From IMG/VR virus record IMGVR_UViG_3300045988_044270, positions 1 through 13,327 of that record: 13,327 nucleotides of DNA; one strand, written 5' to 3'. Position 1 is the first letter of the stretch, and each line of letters opens with the position of its first letter. The notes under the pieces are model-generated. The model searched no databases and had not been told where the DNA came from. It saw only the letters and a program-made list of their open reading frames with translations. The stretch comes from a virus. Shown here in pieces: positions 1-6,241 of this stretch. The translations under genes and the position numbers were made by a program.

Positions 1-119
1 ATTCCTATCAGTTGAAAAATTCGCGGACAAAACTAAACTAACAGGGCATGTACATTACTAATGATTAGTGATATTATATAATCGTAAAGAGGAAGGAAAA
101 CCTCACAAGCCAGAAAGGG
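1..119. repeat. Left inverted terminal repeat (119 bp)
   Basis: I reverse-complemented bases 1-119 base by base and they match 13209-13327 with no mismatch. Identity stops at position 120 (a), which would need t at 13208 where the sequence has c. Confidence 0.97.
49..82 (+). promoter_or_regulatory. Putative inward-facing early promoter inside the left ITR
   Basis: TGTACA (49-54), a 17-nt spacer, then an extended -10 TGaTATTAT (69-77) overlapping a perfect TATAAT (77-82). The purine-rich leader and the SD AAAGGGA (114-120) precede the ATG at 126. Several registers are possible in this AT-rich DNA. Confidence 0.45.
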
Positions 120-125
120 AATGCA

Positions 126-374
126 ATGTTTAGCGAAGTTGTTAAGAACGTTCCGGCTTATAGCAATCTGGCAATGGGGAAAGTTGTGATTGCGAAGAAT
201 TCCGAAACTCACAAGAAATGGGTTTGTGATAAGTTTTTCGCGGATGATTGCGGCAGGATTTACATTAGCACCTTTAAGCGGGAAGGAGAATATGAGCTTG
301 CGGAGGTATACGACATGACGGCAGAAGGGGCGGCAAACGAACTTATTTACATGGCGGCGGTAACAGTATTCTAA
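126..374 (+). CDS. Hypothetical early protein (82 aa), first gene after the left ITR
   Basis: ATG at 126 lies 6 nt after AAAGGGA. It is an uninterrupted ORF with a TAA stop. I recognise no motif. Confidence 0.6.
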   Translation: MFSEVVKNVPAYSNLAMGKVVIAKNSETHKKWVCDKFFADDCGRIYISTFKREGEYELAEVYDMTAEGAANELIYMAAVTVF

Positions 375-422
375 TAAATATAGCTGACCTAACGGCTTGA
401 CGGGGAGAAGGGAAGTTGCAAC

Positions 423-689
423 ATGAATAAATCAATTATCACCCGCGAAGGTTGGCACGTCACACGCGACGGTTTCCGCTACTATGTAAAAGGCGGTAGA
501 ATCATTTATGGAATTGTAGATACTGACGACGGGGCAGGAGTTAGGATGTTTCAATACAAGGTTCGGCGCACAAAGAGCGGGAAAGTTTTTGACTACAAAC
601 GCATTACACCAATTGCCCGTTATTATAATGTAACTCGCTACGTTTGGAGTCCATGTTTTTGTTTGGAGGAGGGAACGAAATGTTGCTAA
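423..689 (+). CDS. Hypothetical early protein (88 aa) with a Cys-rich C-terminus (CFCLEEGTKCC)
   Basis: SD GGGGAGAAGGGAAG lies upstream and the ATG is at 423. The palindrome GTTGCAAC (415-422) abuts the start codon. No family recognised. Confidence 0.6.
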   Translation: MNKSIITREGWHVTRDGFRYYVKGGRIIYGIVDTDDGAGVRMFQYKVRRTKSGKVFDYKRITPIARYYNVTRYVWSPCFCLEEGTKCC

Positions 690-732
690 CGGCAGTCATG
701 CTTATAATCCTTGTTACATGGGGGTTGCAACA

Positions 733-921
733 ATGAATAATAGAGTTCGTAGATATAAGGTTATATCGCTATCCATGTATCCCGAAGATTTGAAGCGACT
801 AAAAGAAATTTGCGACATTAGCAGAATGGACAATCTTTCAAAGACTGCGCGACTCTGTATTAAAACCGTGTACAACGAATTGATGAGAAGGGGGCTTATA
901 AAGAATGGCACGATGGAATAA
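733..921 (+). CDS. Putative ribbon-helix-helix (CopG/Arc/MetJ-like) DNA-binding regulator, 62 aa
   Basis: The sequence RRYKVISLSMYPEDLKRLKEICDISRMDNLSKTARLCIKTVYNEL fits a beta-strand / helix / helix RHH pattern. I prefer ATG 733 over ATG 718 because GGGGGTTGCAACAATGAATAA mirrors the initiation region of the previous gene (GGGAAGTTGCAACATGAATAA). Its position directly upstream of the terminal protein gene matches regulator p4 in phi29 (an analogy in position, not homology). Confidence 0.5.
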   Translation: MNNRVRRYKVISLSMYPEDLKRLKEICDISRMDNLSKTARLCIKTVYNELMRRGLIKNGTME

Positions 922-1606
922 ACGATTCGCGCAAAGTACGGCGCTTGAAAATCGTCCTCTTCAGGCATCCGTGTATGTCGGCACAAAAATTCCGAAGGAA
1001 GGGCTGACACTCAAAGCCATCAGAAAGGAAATGAAAGCGTTAATCGATCTAATGGATAAGCGCTTTAAGGCGGCGAAGAAGAAGGGCATCGAGTATGAAA
1101 GCATTAAACAGTATGAGCGCCATTATTGGGATAAACCCTCCACCGTGCGGACGGTGGAGGAAGGCGTCCGGCAGATTCGTGCCATGTGGAAAGTTGTTAG
1201 CGGGACAAAAACACCAAAACAGTTATTTGTTGCACAACAAAACCAGTGGAAACGCGAATATGAAACACTTTTACAGCGTGGATGGTTTACTGAAGAAACA
1301 TTCACACATGAGGATTTTCTGCAATTCAGAAAATTTTTCGCTGTTTATGCAGATGCGAATAAAGAAGCACAATATTATTATATTCTGCAAGATATTGTTG
1401 ATGTGGCACAGGAAGGGACTACCAGCGTTAAGCGGAAATTCGCCAAATCGGACTGGGATGACTTGCTAAAGCGGTGGGATTACTGGGAGCGTCAAGCGGC
1501 CAAAGCACGGGCGCGATATAAAGAACGTCTTAAAGCTGGTGAATTTGTGAGCGGTTCGACCGTTCGCGCAATGTTTGAAAAAGCCAAAAGAGAAGGGAAG
1601 ATTTAG
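905..1606 (+). CDS. Putative terminal protein (replication primer), 233 aa
   Basis: It sits immediately upstream of, and is translationally coupled to, the protein-primed PolB (stop 1604-1606, pol ATG 1609), as in phi29 gene 3 / gene 2. Size is similar to known phage terminal proteins. The N-terminus is strongly basic (KRFKAAKKKG) and the middle is acidic and aromatic. There is no recognisable sequence motif, so the call rests on synteny and composition. Confidence 0.55.
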   Translation: MARWNKRFAQSTALENRPLQASVYVGTKIPKEGLTLKAIRKEMKALIDLMDKRFKAAKKKGIEYESIKQYERHYWDKPSTVRTVEEGVRQIRAMWKVVSGTKTPKQLFVAQQNQWKREYETLLQRGWFTEETFTHEDFLQFRKFFAVYADANKEAQYYYILQDIVDVAQEGTTSVKRKFAKSDWDDLLKRWDYWERQAAKARARYKERLKAGEFVSGSTVRAMFEKAKREGKI

Positions 1607-1608
1607 GA

Positions 1609-3627
1609 ATGCTCAGCGTATATGATGGAATCCAAAAAATAACGGCGTTAACGCCTGATAATCCACGGGCTAAAATCGTATACGCTAATGCGCTGATGGC
1701 GTTTGACATTGAGACAACTCGCCTTGAAGATGATAACGCTGTAATGTACATTTGGCAATGCGGGCTATGTGTGGAGGGAGAATACTATATCACATATGGG
1801 AGAACGTGGGAAGAATGGACTGCATTACAGGAAGCAATAAATGCGCGACTGTGCGGAATTACAATAATTTGTTTTGTTCATAATCTTTCCTATGAGTTCC
1901 AATTCCTTGCGGGGCTTTACGAATTTTCCGATGTTAAGTGCCTTAAATCCCGAAAAATACTGTCCGCGACTTGTGGAAGAATCGAATATCGCTGCTCCTA
2001 TATTTGGACAAATAAAACGCTTTCAAAATTTCTAAAGGAAATGAATGTCCAACACATGAAGAAGTCAGGCGCTGAATTTGACTATTCTAAAGTCCGCTAT
2101 CCGTGGACAGAACTTTCAGAAGATGAGATTGAATATTGTCAAAATGACGTTATCGGACTACTTGAAGCTGCCGAAAAGAAGATTTCGCAAGATGGCGACA
2201 CTCTCTATACAGTTCCGCGTACGTCTACGGGCTACGTGCGCCGGGATGCAAAACAAGCGTTAAGCCAAACGCCACTTGGAGCGCTTAAACCCACAGAAGA
2301 AATTTACATAAAACTTCGCAAGGCGTTCAGAGGGGGGAACACGCACGCGAACCGGTATTTCGTCGGCAAGGTTTTGACGGGCGTGCAATCGGTCGACCGT
2401 TCATCAAGCTACCCTGATGTTATGCTAAATAACAAGTTTCCTATGAAATCATTCAAGAAATGCCCTGATGGAATAGCAACTATTAGGAGGGCGTTTTCAT
2501 CCGGGCTTGCAATTCTTTGTACGATGAGCATAACAGGCGCTACCCTGCGCAATCCGTTGTGGGGGTGCCCCTACATCCCCGTTAGCAAGTGCCAAATGCT
2601 TATAGATCCTGTGGAAGATAACGGACGAGTTCTTGAAGCGGATGCGCTGACGATTGAAGTAACAGAAGTAGATATGCAGATAATTCTTGAAGAATATGAT
2701 GGCGAATTTGATTTTACAGATATATACACGGCAGAGAAGGACTATTTGCCAAAACCGTTTACGGATTGTATAAAACGCTATTATACAAACAAAACATCAC
2801 TTAAAGGAATCGCCGGGAGTGAATATGAATACATGAAAAGTAAGAATTTGTTAAATAGCTTGTACGGTATGACAGCCACAGACCCCGGCAAAGATGATAT
2901 TATATTCGACGGTGTAGAATACATTCAGCAGGAAACAGACGTAATCAAAAATATCAATAAATCATTCCTCCCATATCAATGGGGCGTATGGGTTACCGCG
3001 TACGCAAGGCTTGAGTTGGAAGAAATGATAAAGATTGCGGGGAATAATTTTGTTTATGGCGATACGGATAGCTGTAAATATATAAAATCAGAATCAATTA
3101 GTTATGAATCATATAATAACAGATGCAAAACAGCATCCCTTGAGCATGGGGCGTGTGCCGTAGACCCCCACGGAACATTGCATTATATGGGCGTTGCAGA
3201 AACAGAGGGTGAATATTTCCAGTTTTTAACATGGGGGGCGAAAAAATATGCTTCACGGGATGAAAAGGGGCATATAGACATAACTATTGCAGGTGTACGC
3301 AAAAAATCCAGTAAAAACGCTGCTGGTGATATTGTGGAGTGGGGCGGTGATGATGAACTGGAAGAAGCAGGAGGACTTGCAAAATTCGCGCCCGGTTTCG
3401 TTTTCCGAAAAGCCGGAGGGCTTGAAAGCGTTTACAACGACCACGTACACAAGAAAATTAGCGTTGACGGGCATGAATTAACGATAACCCGAAACGTATG
3501 CTTACGCCCATCAACCTATGCTGTAGGAATTACTTATAAATACGCAGATTTGCTTGAGACATTGCAGAACACTTATATAAGCGTTGACGCAGACCGAAAT
3601 CTGTGCTATAATCTTATCAGGCGATAA
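1609..3627 (+). CDS. Family B DNA polymerase, protein-primed (phi29 gp2-like), 672 aa
   Basis: Exo I is FDIET (nt 1702-1716). Exo II is HNLSYEF (1879-1899). Exo III is YCQNDVIGL. Motif A is VDRSSSYPD, motif B is KNLLNSLYG, motif C is YGDTDS (3055-3072), and KKY is present. SD AGAAGGGAAG precedes the ATG. Confidence 0.95.
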   Translation: MLSVYDGIQKITALTPDNPRAKIVYANALMAFDIETTRLEDDNAVMYIWQCGLCVEGEYYITYGRTWEEWTALQEAINARLCGITIICFVHNLSYEFQFLAGLYEFSDVKCLKSRKILSATCGRIEYRCSYIWTNKTLSKFLKEMNVQHMKKSGAEFDYSKVRYPWTELSEDEIEYCQNDVIGLLEAAEKKISQDGDTLYTVPRTSTGYVRRDAKQALSQTPLGALKPTEEIYIKLRKAFRGGNTHANRYFVGKVLTGVQSVDRSSSYPDVMLNNKFPMKSFKKCPDGIATIRRAFSSGLAILCTMSITGATLRNPLWGCPYIPVSKCQMLIDPVEDNGRVLEADALTIEVTEVDMQIILEEYDGEFDFTDIYTAEKDYLPKPFTDCIKRYYTNKTSLKGIAGSEYEYMKSKNLLNSLYGMTATDPGKDDIIFDGVEYIQQETDVIKNINKSFLPYQWGVWVTAYARLELEEMIKIAGNNFVYGDTDSCKYIKSESISYESYNNRCKTASLEHGACAVDPHGTLHYMGVAETEGEYFQFLTWGAKKYASRDEKGHIDITIAGVRKKSSKNAAGDIVEWGGDDELEEAGGLAKFAPGFVFRKAGGLESVYNDHVHKKISVDGHELTITRNVCLRPSTYAVGITYKYADLLETLQNTYISVDADRNLCYNLIRR

Positions 3628-3658
3628 CCGCCGAACAAATATTTAGGAGGGCTTCATC

Positions 3659-4006
3659 ATGAACACGAAGACTAATCAGAGCATTTCCCCGGCGGACCTT
3701 TACAAGCTTACGCTTTCTCGCGAAGGGCGCACAATGTCGGAGCTGATGACGAAAACCGTTCGCGTCGATGCATGGGCGGTGGCTGAAACAGTAGATAGTA
3801 ACGGGGAGTTTAAGCCGCGTTGCGGAATCATTGTTGATGGTGTCGCCTACATCACGAATAGCAGAGCGTTCAGCGATCGGCTTCTCGCTATTGTTGAGTA
3901 TCTCAGAAAGGCGGACATGGACGATGCAGGGTTTAACTTGCAGATTACGCAGATTCGGAGCAAGAATAGTCACAACTATACATCTTGCGAATTGATTCTC
4001 GATTGA
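3659..4006 (+). CDS. Small early protein (115 aa), possibly a phi29 p5-like ssDNA-binding protein
   Basis: Strong SD AGGAGGG 7 nt upstream. The C-terminal half (DGVAYITNSRAFSDRLLAIVEYL...FNLQITQIRSKNSHNYTSCELIL) resembles my recollection of the phi29 SSB pattern (DGSLYSAISK...FKVKVVQGTSSKGNVFFSLQLSL). It is the last gene of the replication operon. The function is tentative. Confidence 0.4.
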   Translation: MNTKTNQSISPADLYKLTLSREGRTMSELMTKTVRVDAWAVAETVDSNGEFKPRCGIIVDGVAYITNSRAFSDRLLAIVEYLRKADMDDAGFNLQITQIRSKNSHNYTSCELILD

Positions 4007-4011
4007 TGCAT

Positions 4012-4044
4012 AAAAGGCAGGGTCATCGCCCTGCCTTTTATTTT
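4012..4044 (+). terminator. Rho-independent terminator ending the left early operon
   Basis: Stem GGCAGGG (4016-4022) pairs with CCCTGCC (4029-4035), with a 6-nt loop. It is followed by TTTTATTTT and preceded by AAAA. Confidence 0.75.
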
Positions 4045-4056
4045 AGGAGGGGGCGT

Positions 4057-5076
4057 ATGAATAACCTATTTTTGGAAAATGGCTATGTTGATATGTCGCG
4101 AATCATAGAACAAAAATATACATTCATTTTGATGACGGGTGCAAGAGGTACTGGGAAAACATACGGCGCGCTTAAATATGTTATTGAACATAAAATGAAA
4201 TTTATCTATATGAGACGAACGAAACTACAAGCGGATGTTATTAGCGCGCCTGAAATGTCACCTTTTGCGCCCGTTTGCGATGATATGTCCTTGTCTCTCG
4301 AAATGGATAAGGTTTCCAAAGAAGCAACAGCTGTATATATCAACGAGGAAAGCAGCCCTGCCGGGTATGTTATGGCGCTGTCCGGTGTATCAAATATTCG
4401 GGGGTTTTCAGCTCATGACATTGAAATTATTATATTTGATGAATTTATCCCTGAATCGCATGAGCGCAGAATCAAAAATGAAGGGGATGCATTTTTTAAC
4501 GCATATGAAACAATAAATAGAAATAGGGAGCTACAAGGGAAGCCCCCTGTGAAGTGTTTATGCCTTGCCAATAGCAACAGCATTGTAAATCCGATTTTTC
4601 AAATTTTGGGGCTTATTACGATTGCTTATAAGATGGAAGAGAATGATATGCAGGAATATAAAGATGGCGAACGCGGATTATATCTGATAAACATGCGCAA
4701 TAGTCCCATAAGCCGGAGGAAGGGAGAAACCGCGCTTTATCGGCTTCTAAAGGATAATAAAATAAAAGACATGTCGCTTGAAAACCGATTTTTGGATAAA
4801 CCAGTATTACAAACCATGAGCGCGAACCTCAAAGAGTATACGCCTATCGTAACGTGTGGGGAAATCACAGTATATCGGCACAAGAGCAATCGAACGTATT
4901 ATATTAGCCCGCACGGGCAGGGAACGCGCCCGATATACAGCACAACGGAAAACGATTGTTTACGTTTCCGCACGCTTTATCGGTATCTGATGCAGGAATA
5001 TATTGCCCGAAAAATTTATTGCGAATCTCCGGCTTGCGAAATTGTTTTCTGTCAATACTTCGGGATAGTTAAATAA
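4057..5076 (+). CDS. DNA packaging (encapsidation) ATPase, phi29 gp16-like, 339 aa
   Basis: Walker A is GARGTGKT (nt 4138-4161; phi29 gp16 has GARGIGKS at the same N-terminal position). Walker B is IIIFDEF. Size is close to gp16. SD AGGAGGGGG (4045-4053) precedes ATG 4057. The longer ORF from 3985 would run through the terminator hairpin. Confidence 0.85.
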   Translation: MNNLFLENGYVDMSRIIEQKYTFILMTGARGTGKTYGALKYVIEHKMKFIYMRRTKLQADVISAPEMSPFAPVCDDMSLSLEMDKVSKEATAVYINEESSPAGYVMALSGVSNIRGFSAHDIEIIIFDEFIPESHERRIKNEGDAFFNAYETINRNRELQGKPPVKCLCLANSNSIVNPIFQILGLITIAYKMEENDMQEYKDGERGLYLINMRNSPISRRKGETALYRLLKDNKIKDMSLENRFLDKPVLQTMSANLKEYTPIVTCGEITVYRHKSNRTYYISPHGQGTRPIYSTTENDCLRFRTLYRYLMQEYIARKIYCESPACEIVFCQYFGIVK

Positions 5077-5079
5077 GTC

Positions 5080-5108
5080 TTGACAAAATTTAAAAATTAT
5101 GATACATT
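5080..5108 (+). promoter_or_regulatory. Near-consensus sigma-A type promoter
   Basis: TTGACA (5080-5085), a 17-nt spacer, then an extended -10 TGaTACATT (5100-5108). It starts 4 nt after the ATPase stop codon. The predicted TSS is around 5113-5116. Confidence 0.65.
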
Positions 5109-5112
5109 GATT

Positions 5113-5198
5113 ATGGCAATAGGGAAGCTCGAACGACAACCCCGGAAGGGTGAGCATGGCATAGTCGTATGCCTCGACCCCTATTGCCATTTTGTTTT
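5113..5198 (+). ncRNA. Candidate small structured RNA with paired 5' and 3' ends and its own terminator. It may be a pRNA-like packaging RNA, or alternatively a leader/attenuator of the late operon.
   Basis: P1 is 12 perfect bp, 5113-5124 (AUGGCAAUAGGG) with 5179-5190 (CCCUAUUGCCAU). P2 pairs 5127-5130 with 5152-5155 and encloses a CCC/GGG hairpin capped by a GGAA tetraloop (5141-5150) plus a 9-10 nt bulge. P3 pairs 5158-5163 with 5168-5173 and has loop GUCG. A U-tract UUUGUUUU lies at 5191-5198. The predicted TSS coincides with the 5' strand of P1. Confidence 0.5.
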
Positions 5199-5217
5199 CG
5201 GGGGGACAGGAGGGGAT

Positions 5218-5412
5218 ATGGAAATTTCCGATATTGTTACGCTAATCACAAACGTAGGGTTTCCGATTGCTTGTACTTGCGCGCTTTTCTATTTCTGGAA
5301 TAAGGAGCGGGAACAGCACCGCGTAGAAACAGCGGAATTAAAGGATGCTATCAATAATAATACGATGGTAATGCAGCGCCTCATTGATAAGTTGGGCGGT
5401 GATGGAAATTGA
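5218..5412 (+). CDS. YvrJ-family small membrane protein, holin candidate (64 aa)
   Basis: SD GGAGGGG lies 4 nt before ATG 5218. The sequence ITNVGFPIACTCALFYFW matches the YvrJ signature (N-x-GFPIA followed by a single TM helix), and a charged coiled C-tail follows. It is immediately upstream of, and overlaps, the endolysin gene. Confidence 0.6.
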   Translation: MEISDIVTLITNVGFPIACTCALFYFWNKEREQHRVETAELKDAINNNTMVMQRLIDKLGGDGN

Positions 5413-5897
5413 TTGCGGCAGAATGGGCTGAAAAAATCAGCGCAAACCGTGTAGATTTAATCGGTATTCCGTATACATCCCTTGATTGTCAGGCGTTCAT
5501 CGAATTTTGCCTGAAAAAATATGCGGGAATCTCCAAAAACTGGCGCGGCTCGAATGATATGTGGCGCAATGCTGTGTATGACAAATCTGACAATTTTGAT
5601 AACATTGATGTAGGCGAATGGGTATTTACTATCAAACATGATGGTAATGAACCAAAGCGCTATACCGATGGTGTGAATGCCGCTCATGTTGGAATTTACA
5701 TTGGCAACGGTGAAGTAATTCATTCGACGACGGGAGGTGTTCAGATGGATAAAATTACTAATCGGAAGCGGTGGACGCACCACGCGAAGGCAAATTGTCT
5801 ATACTATGCGGCTGTGCAGGATGCGAACGAACTATATTCAAACCTATACGGTGAACTTGTGGCACTTGTAAATAAATATGGAGGTAACAAACAATGA
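5409..5897 (+). CDS. NlpC/P60-family cell-wall endopeptidase (endolysin), 162 aa
   Basis: A catalytic Cys lies in SLDCQAF (C27), and His residues lie in AAHVGIYIGNGEVIHS (H93, H105). No in-frame ATG precedes the catalytic Cys, so the start is probably TTG 5409, overlapping the upstream TGA (TTGA) and preceded by GGTGA. The start codon is uncertain. Confidence 0.8.
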   Translation: MIAAEWAEKISANRVDLIGIPYTSLDCQAFIEFCLKKYAGISKNWRGSNDMWRNAVYDKSDNFDNIDVGEWVFTIKHDGNEPKRYTDGVNAAHVGIYIGNGEVIHSTTGGVQMDKITNRKRWTHHAKANCLYYAAVQDANELYSNLYGELVALVNKYGGNKQ

Positions 5898-6226
5898 ATG
5901 TATCTGACATTTTGACGCTGGCAAAAGCTGGATTTACGGCAGAGCAAATCGGGAAGCTGATGACCGTAGATGCACCGGCACCGGTGCCGGCACAGGCACA
6001 GGCGCCGGCACAGGCACAGGAACCGGCACAGGCACAGGCACAGGCGCCGGCACCGGTGCCGGCACAGGCACCGGATAATACACAGGCGCAGTTTGAGAAG
6101 GTTTTCCAGCAGATTGCGAACCTTACGGGAATTGTGCAGAGGGGAAACATCGCAAACGCGCATCAGCCGGATTCACAGCCGCTGACGGCGGAGGATGTTC
6201 TTTCGGAAATCATCCGCCCGAACTAA
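5894..6226 (+). CDS. Putative scaffolding protein (110 aa) with a PAQ-rich low-complexity core
   Basis: It sits directly upstream of the MCP gene, as gp7 does for gp8 in phi29. The N-terminus is helical (ILTLAKAGFTAEQIGKLM), the linker is APAPVPAQAQAPAQAQEPAQAQAQAPAPVPAQAP, and the C-terminus is helical. ATGA overlaps the lysin stop. SD GGAGG is present. Confidence 0.55.
   Translation: MNVSDILTLAKAGFTAEQIGKLMTVDAPAPVPAQAQAPAQAQEPAQAQAQAPAPVPAQAPDNTQAQFEKVFQQIANLTGIVQRGNIANAHQPDSQPLTAEDVLSEIIRPN
5972..6074 (+). repeat. Hexanucleotide-type low-complexity tract (CCGGCA/CAGGCA units) inside the scaffold gene
   Basis: The 28-nt unit GCACCGGCACCGGTGCCGGCACAGGCAC (5972-5999) recurs at 6043-6070 with one mismatch. 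CAGGCA-type repeats lie between the two copies. Each unit contains the palindrome GGCACCGGTGCC. Confidence 0.85.
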
Positions 6227-6241
6227 TGGAGGTGTTAAAAT

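Noticed and set aside
683-708. Perfect TATAAT at 703-708 as a promoter for the RHH and replication genes
   Set aside because: The best -35-like hexamer (TTGCTA, 683-688) is only 14 nt away, and the upstream TG is mis-spaced for an extended -10. It is kept only as a weak possibility.
3985-4015. Possible late promoter (TTGCGA ... TGcATAAAA) upstream of the early terminator that could start inside the hairpin
   Set aside because: The spacer is 19 nt and the -10 match is poor (ATAAAA). It cannot be supported from the sequence alone.
3985-4056. Upstream extension of the ATPase ORF (MRIDSRLMHKRQGHRPAFYFRRGR...)
   Set aside because: It overlaps the end of the preceding gene and runs through the terminator hairpin at 4012-4044. 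The strong SD sits just before ATG 4057.
5115-5189. Possible tRNA: about 74 nt, a 7-bp acceptor-like stem and 3' ...GCCA
   Set aside because: The 17 nt before the 3' acceptor strand (TCGTATGCCTCGACCCC) form no T-arm. There is no GTTC-like T-loop and no D-arm consensus. The closing helix is 12 bp rather than 7.
5080-5217. N-terminal part of the tracked ORF 5080..5412 (MTKFKNYDTLIMAIGKLERQ...)
   Set aside because: Its TTG start is the TTGACA -35 box itself. The region has no SD and folds into the structured RNA ending in a U-tract. A strong SD (GGAGGGG) precedes ATG 5218, which gives a 64-aa protein of normal YvrJ size. A leaderless start at ATG 5113 cannot be fully excluded and is noted in the RNA finding.
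5972-6074. Short tandem repeats as a possible CRISPR array
   Set aside because: The units are 6 nt, contiguous and in-frame within a coding sequence. There is no repeat-spacer organisation.
5758-6185. Long - strand ORFs (5758..6150 and 5804..6163) and the + frame ORF 5970..6185 (HRHRCRHRHRRR...)
   Set aside because: These are artefacts of the stop-free hexanucleotide repeat inside the scaffold gene. They have extreme low-complexity Cys/Ala/Gly or His/Arg composition, no SD, and are fully nested in better-supported genes.
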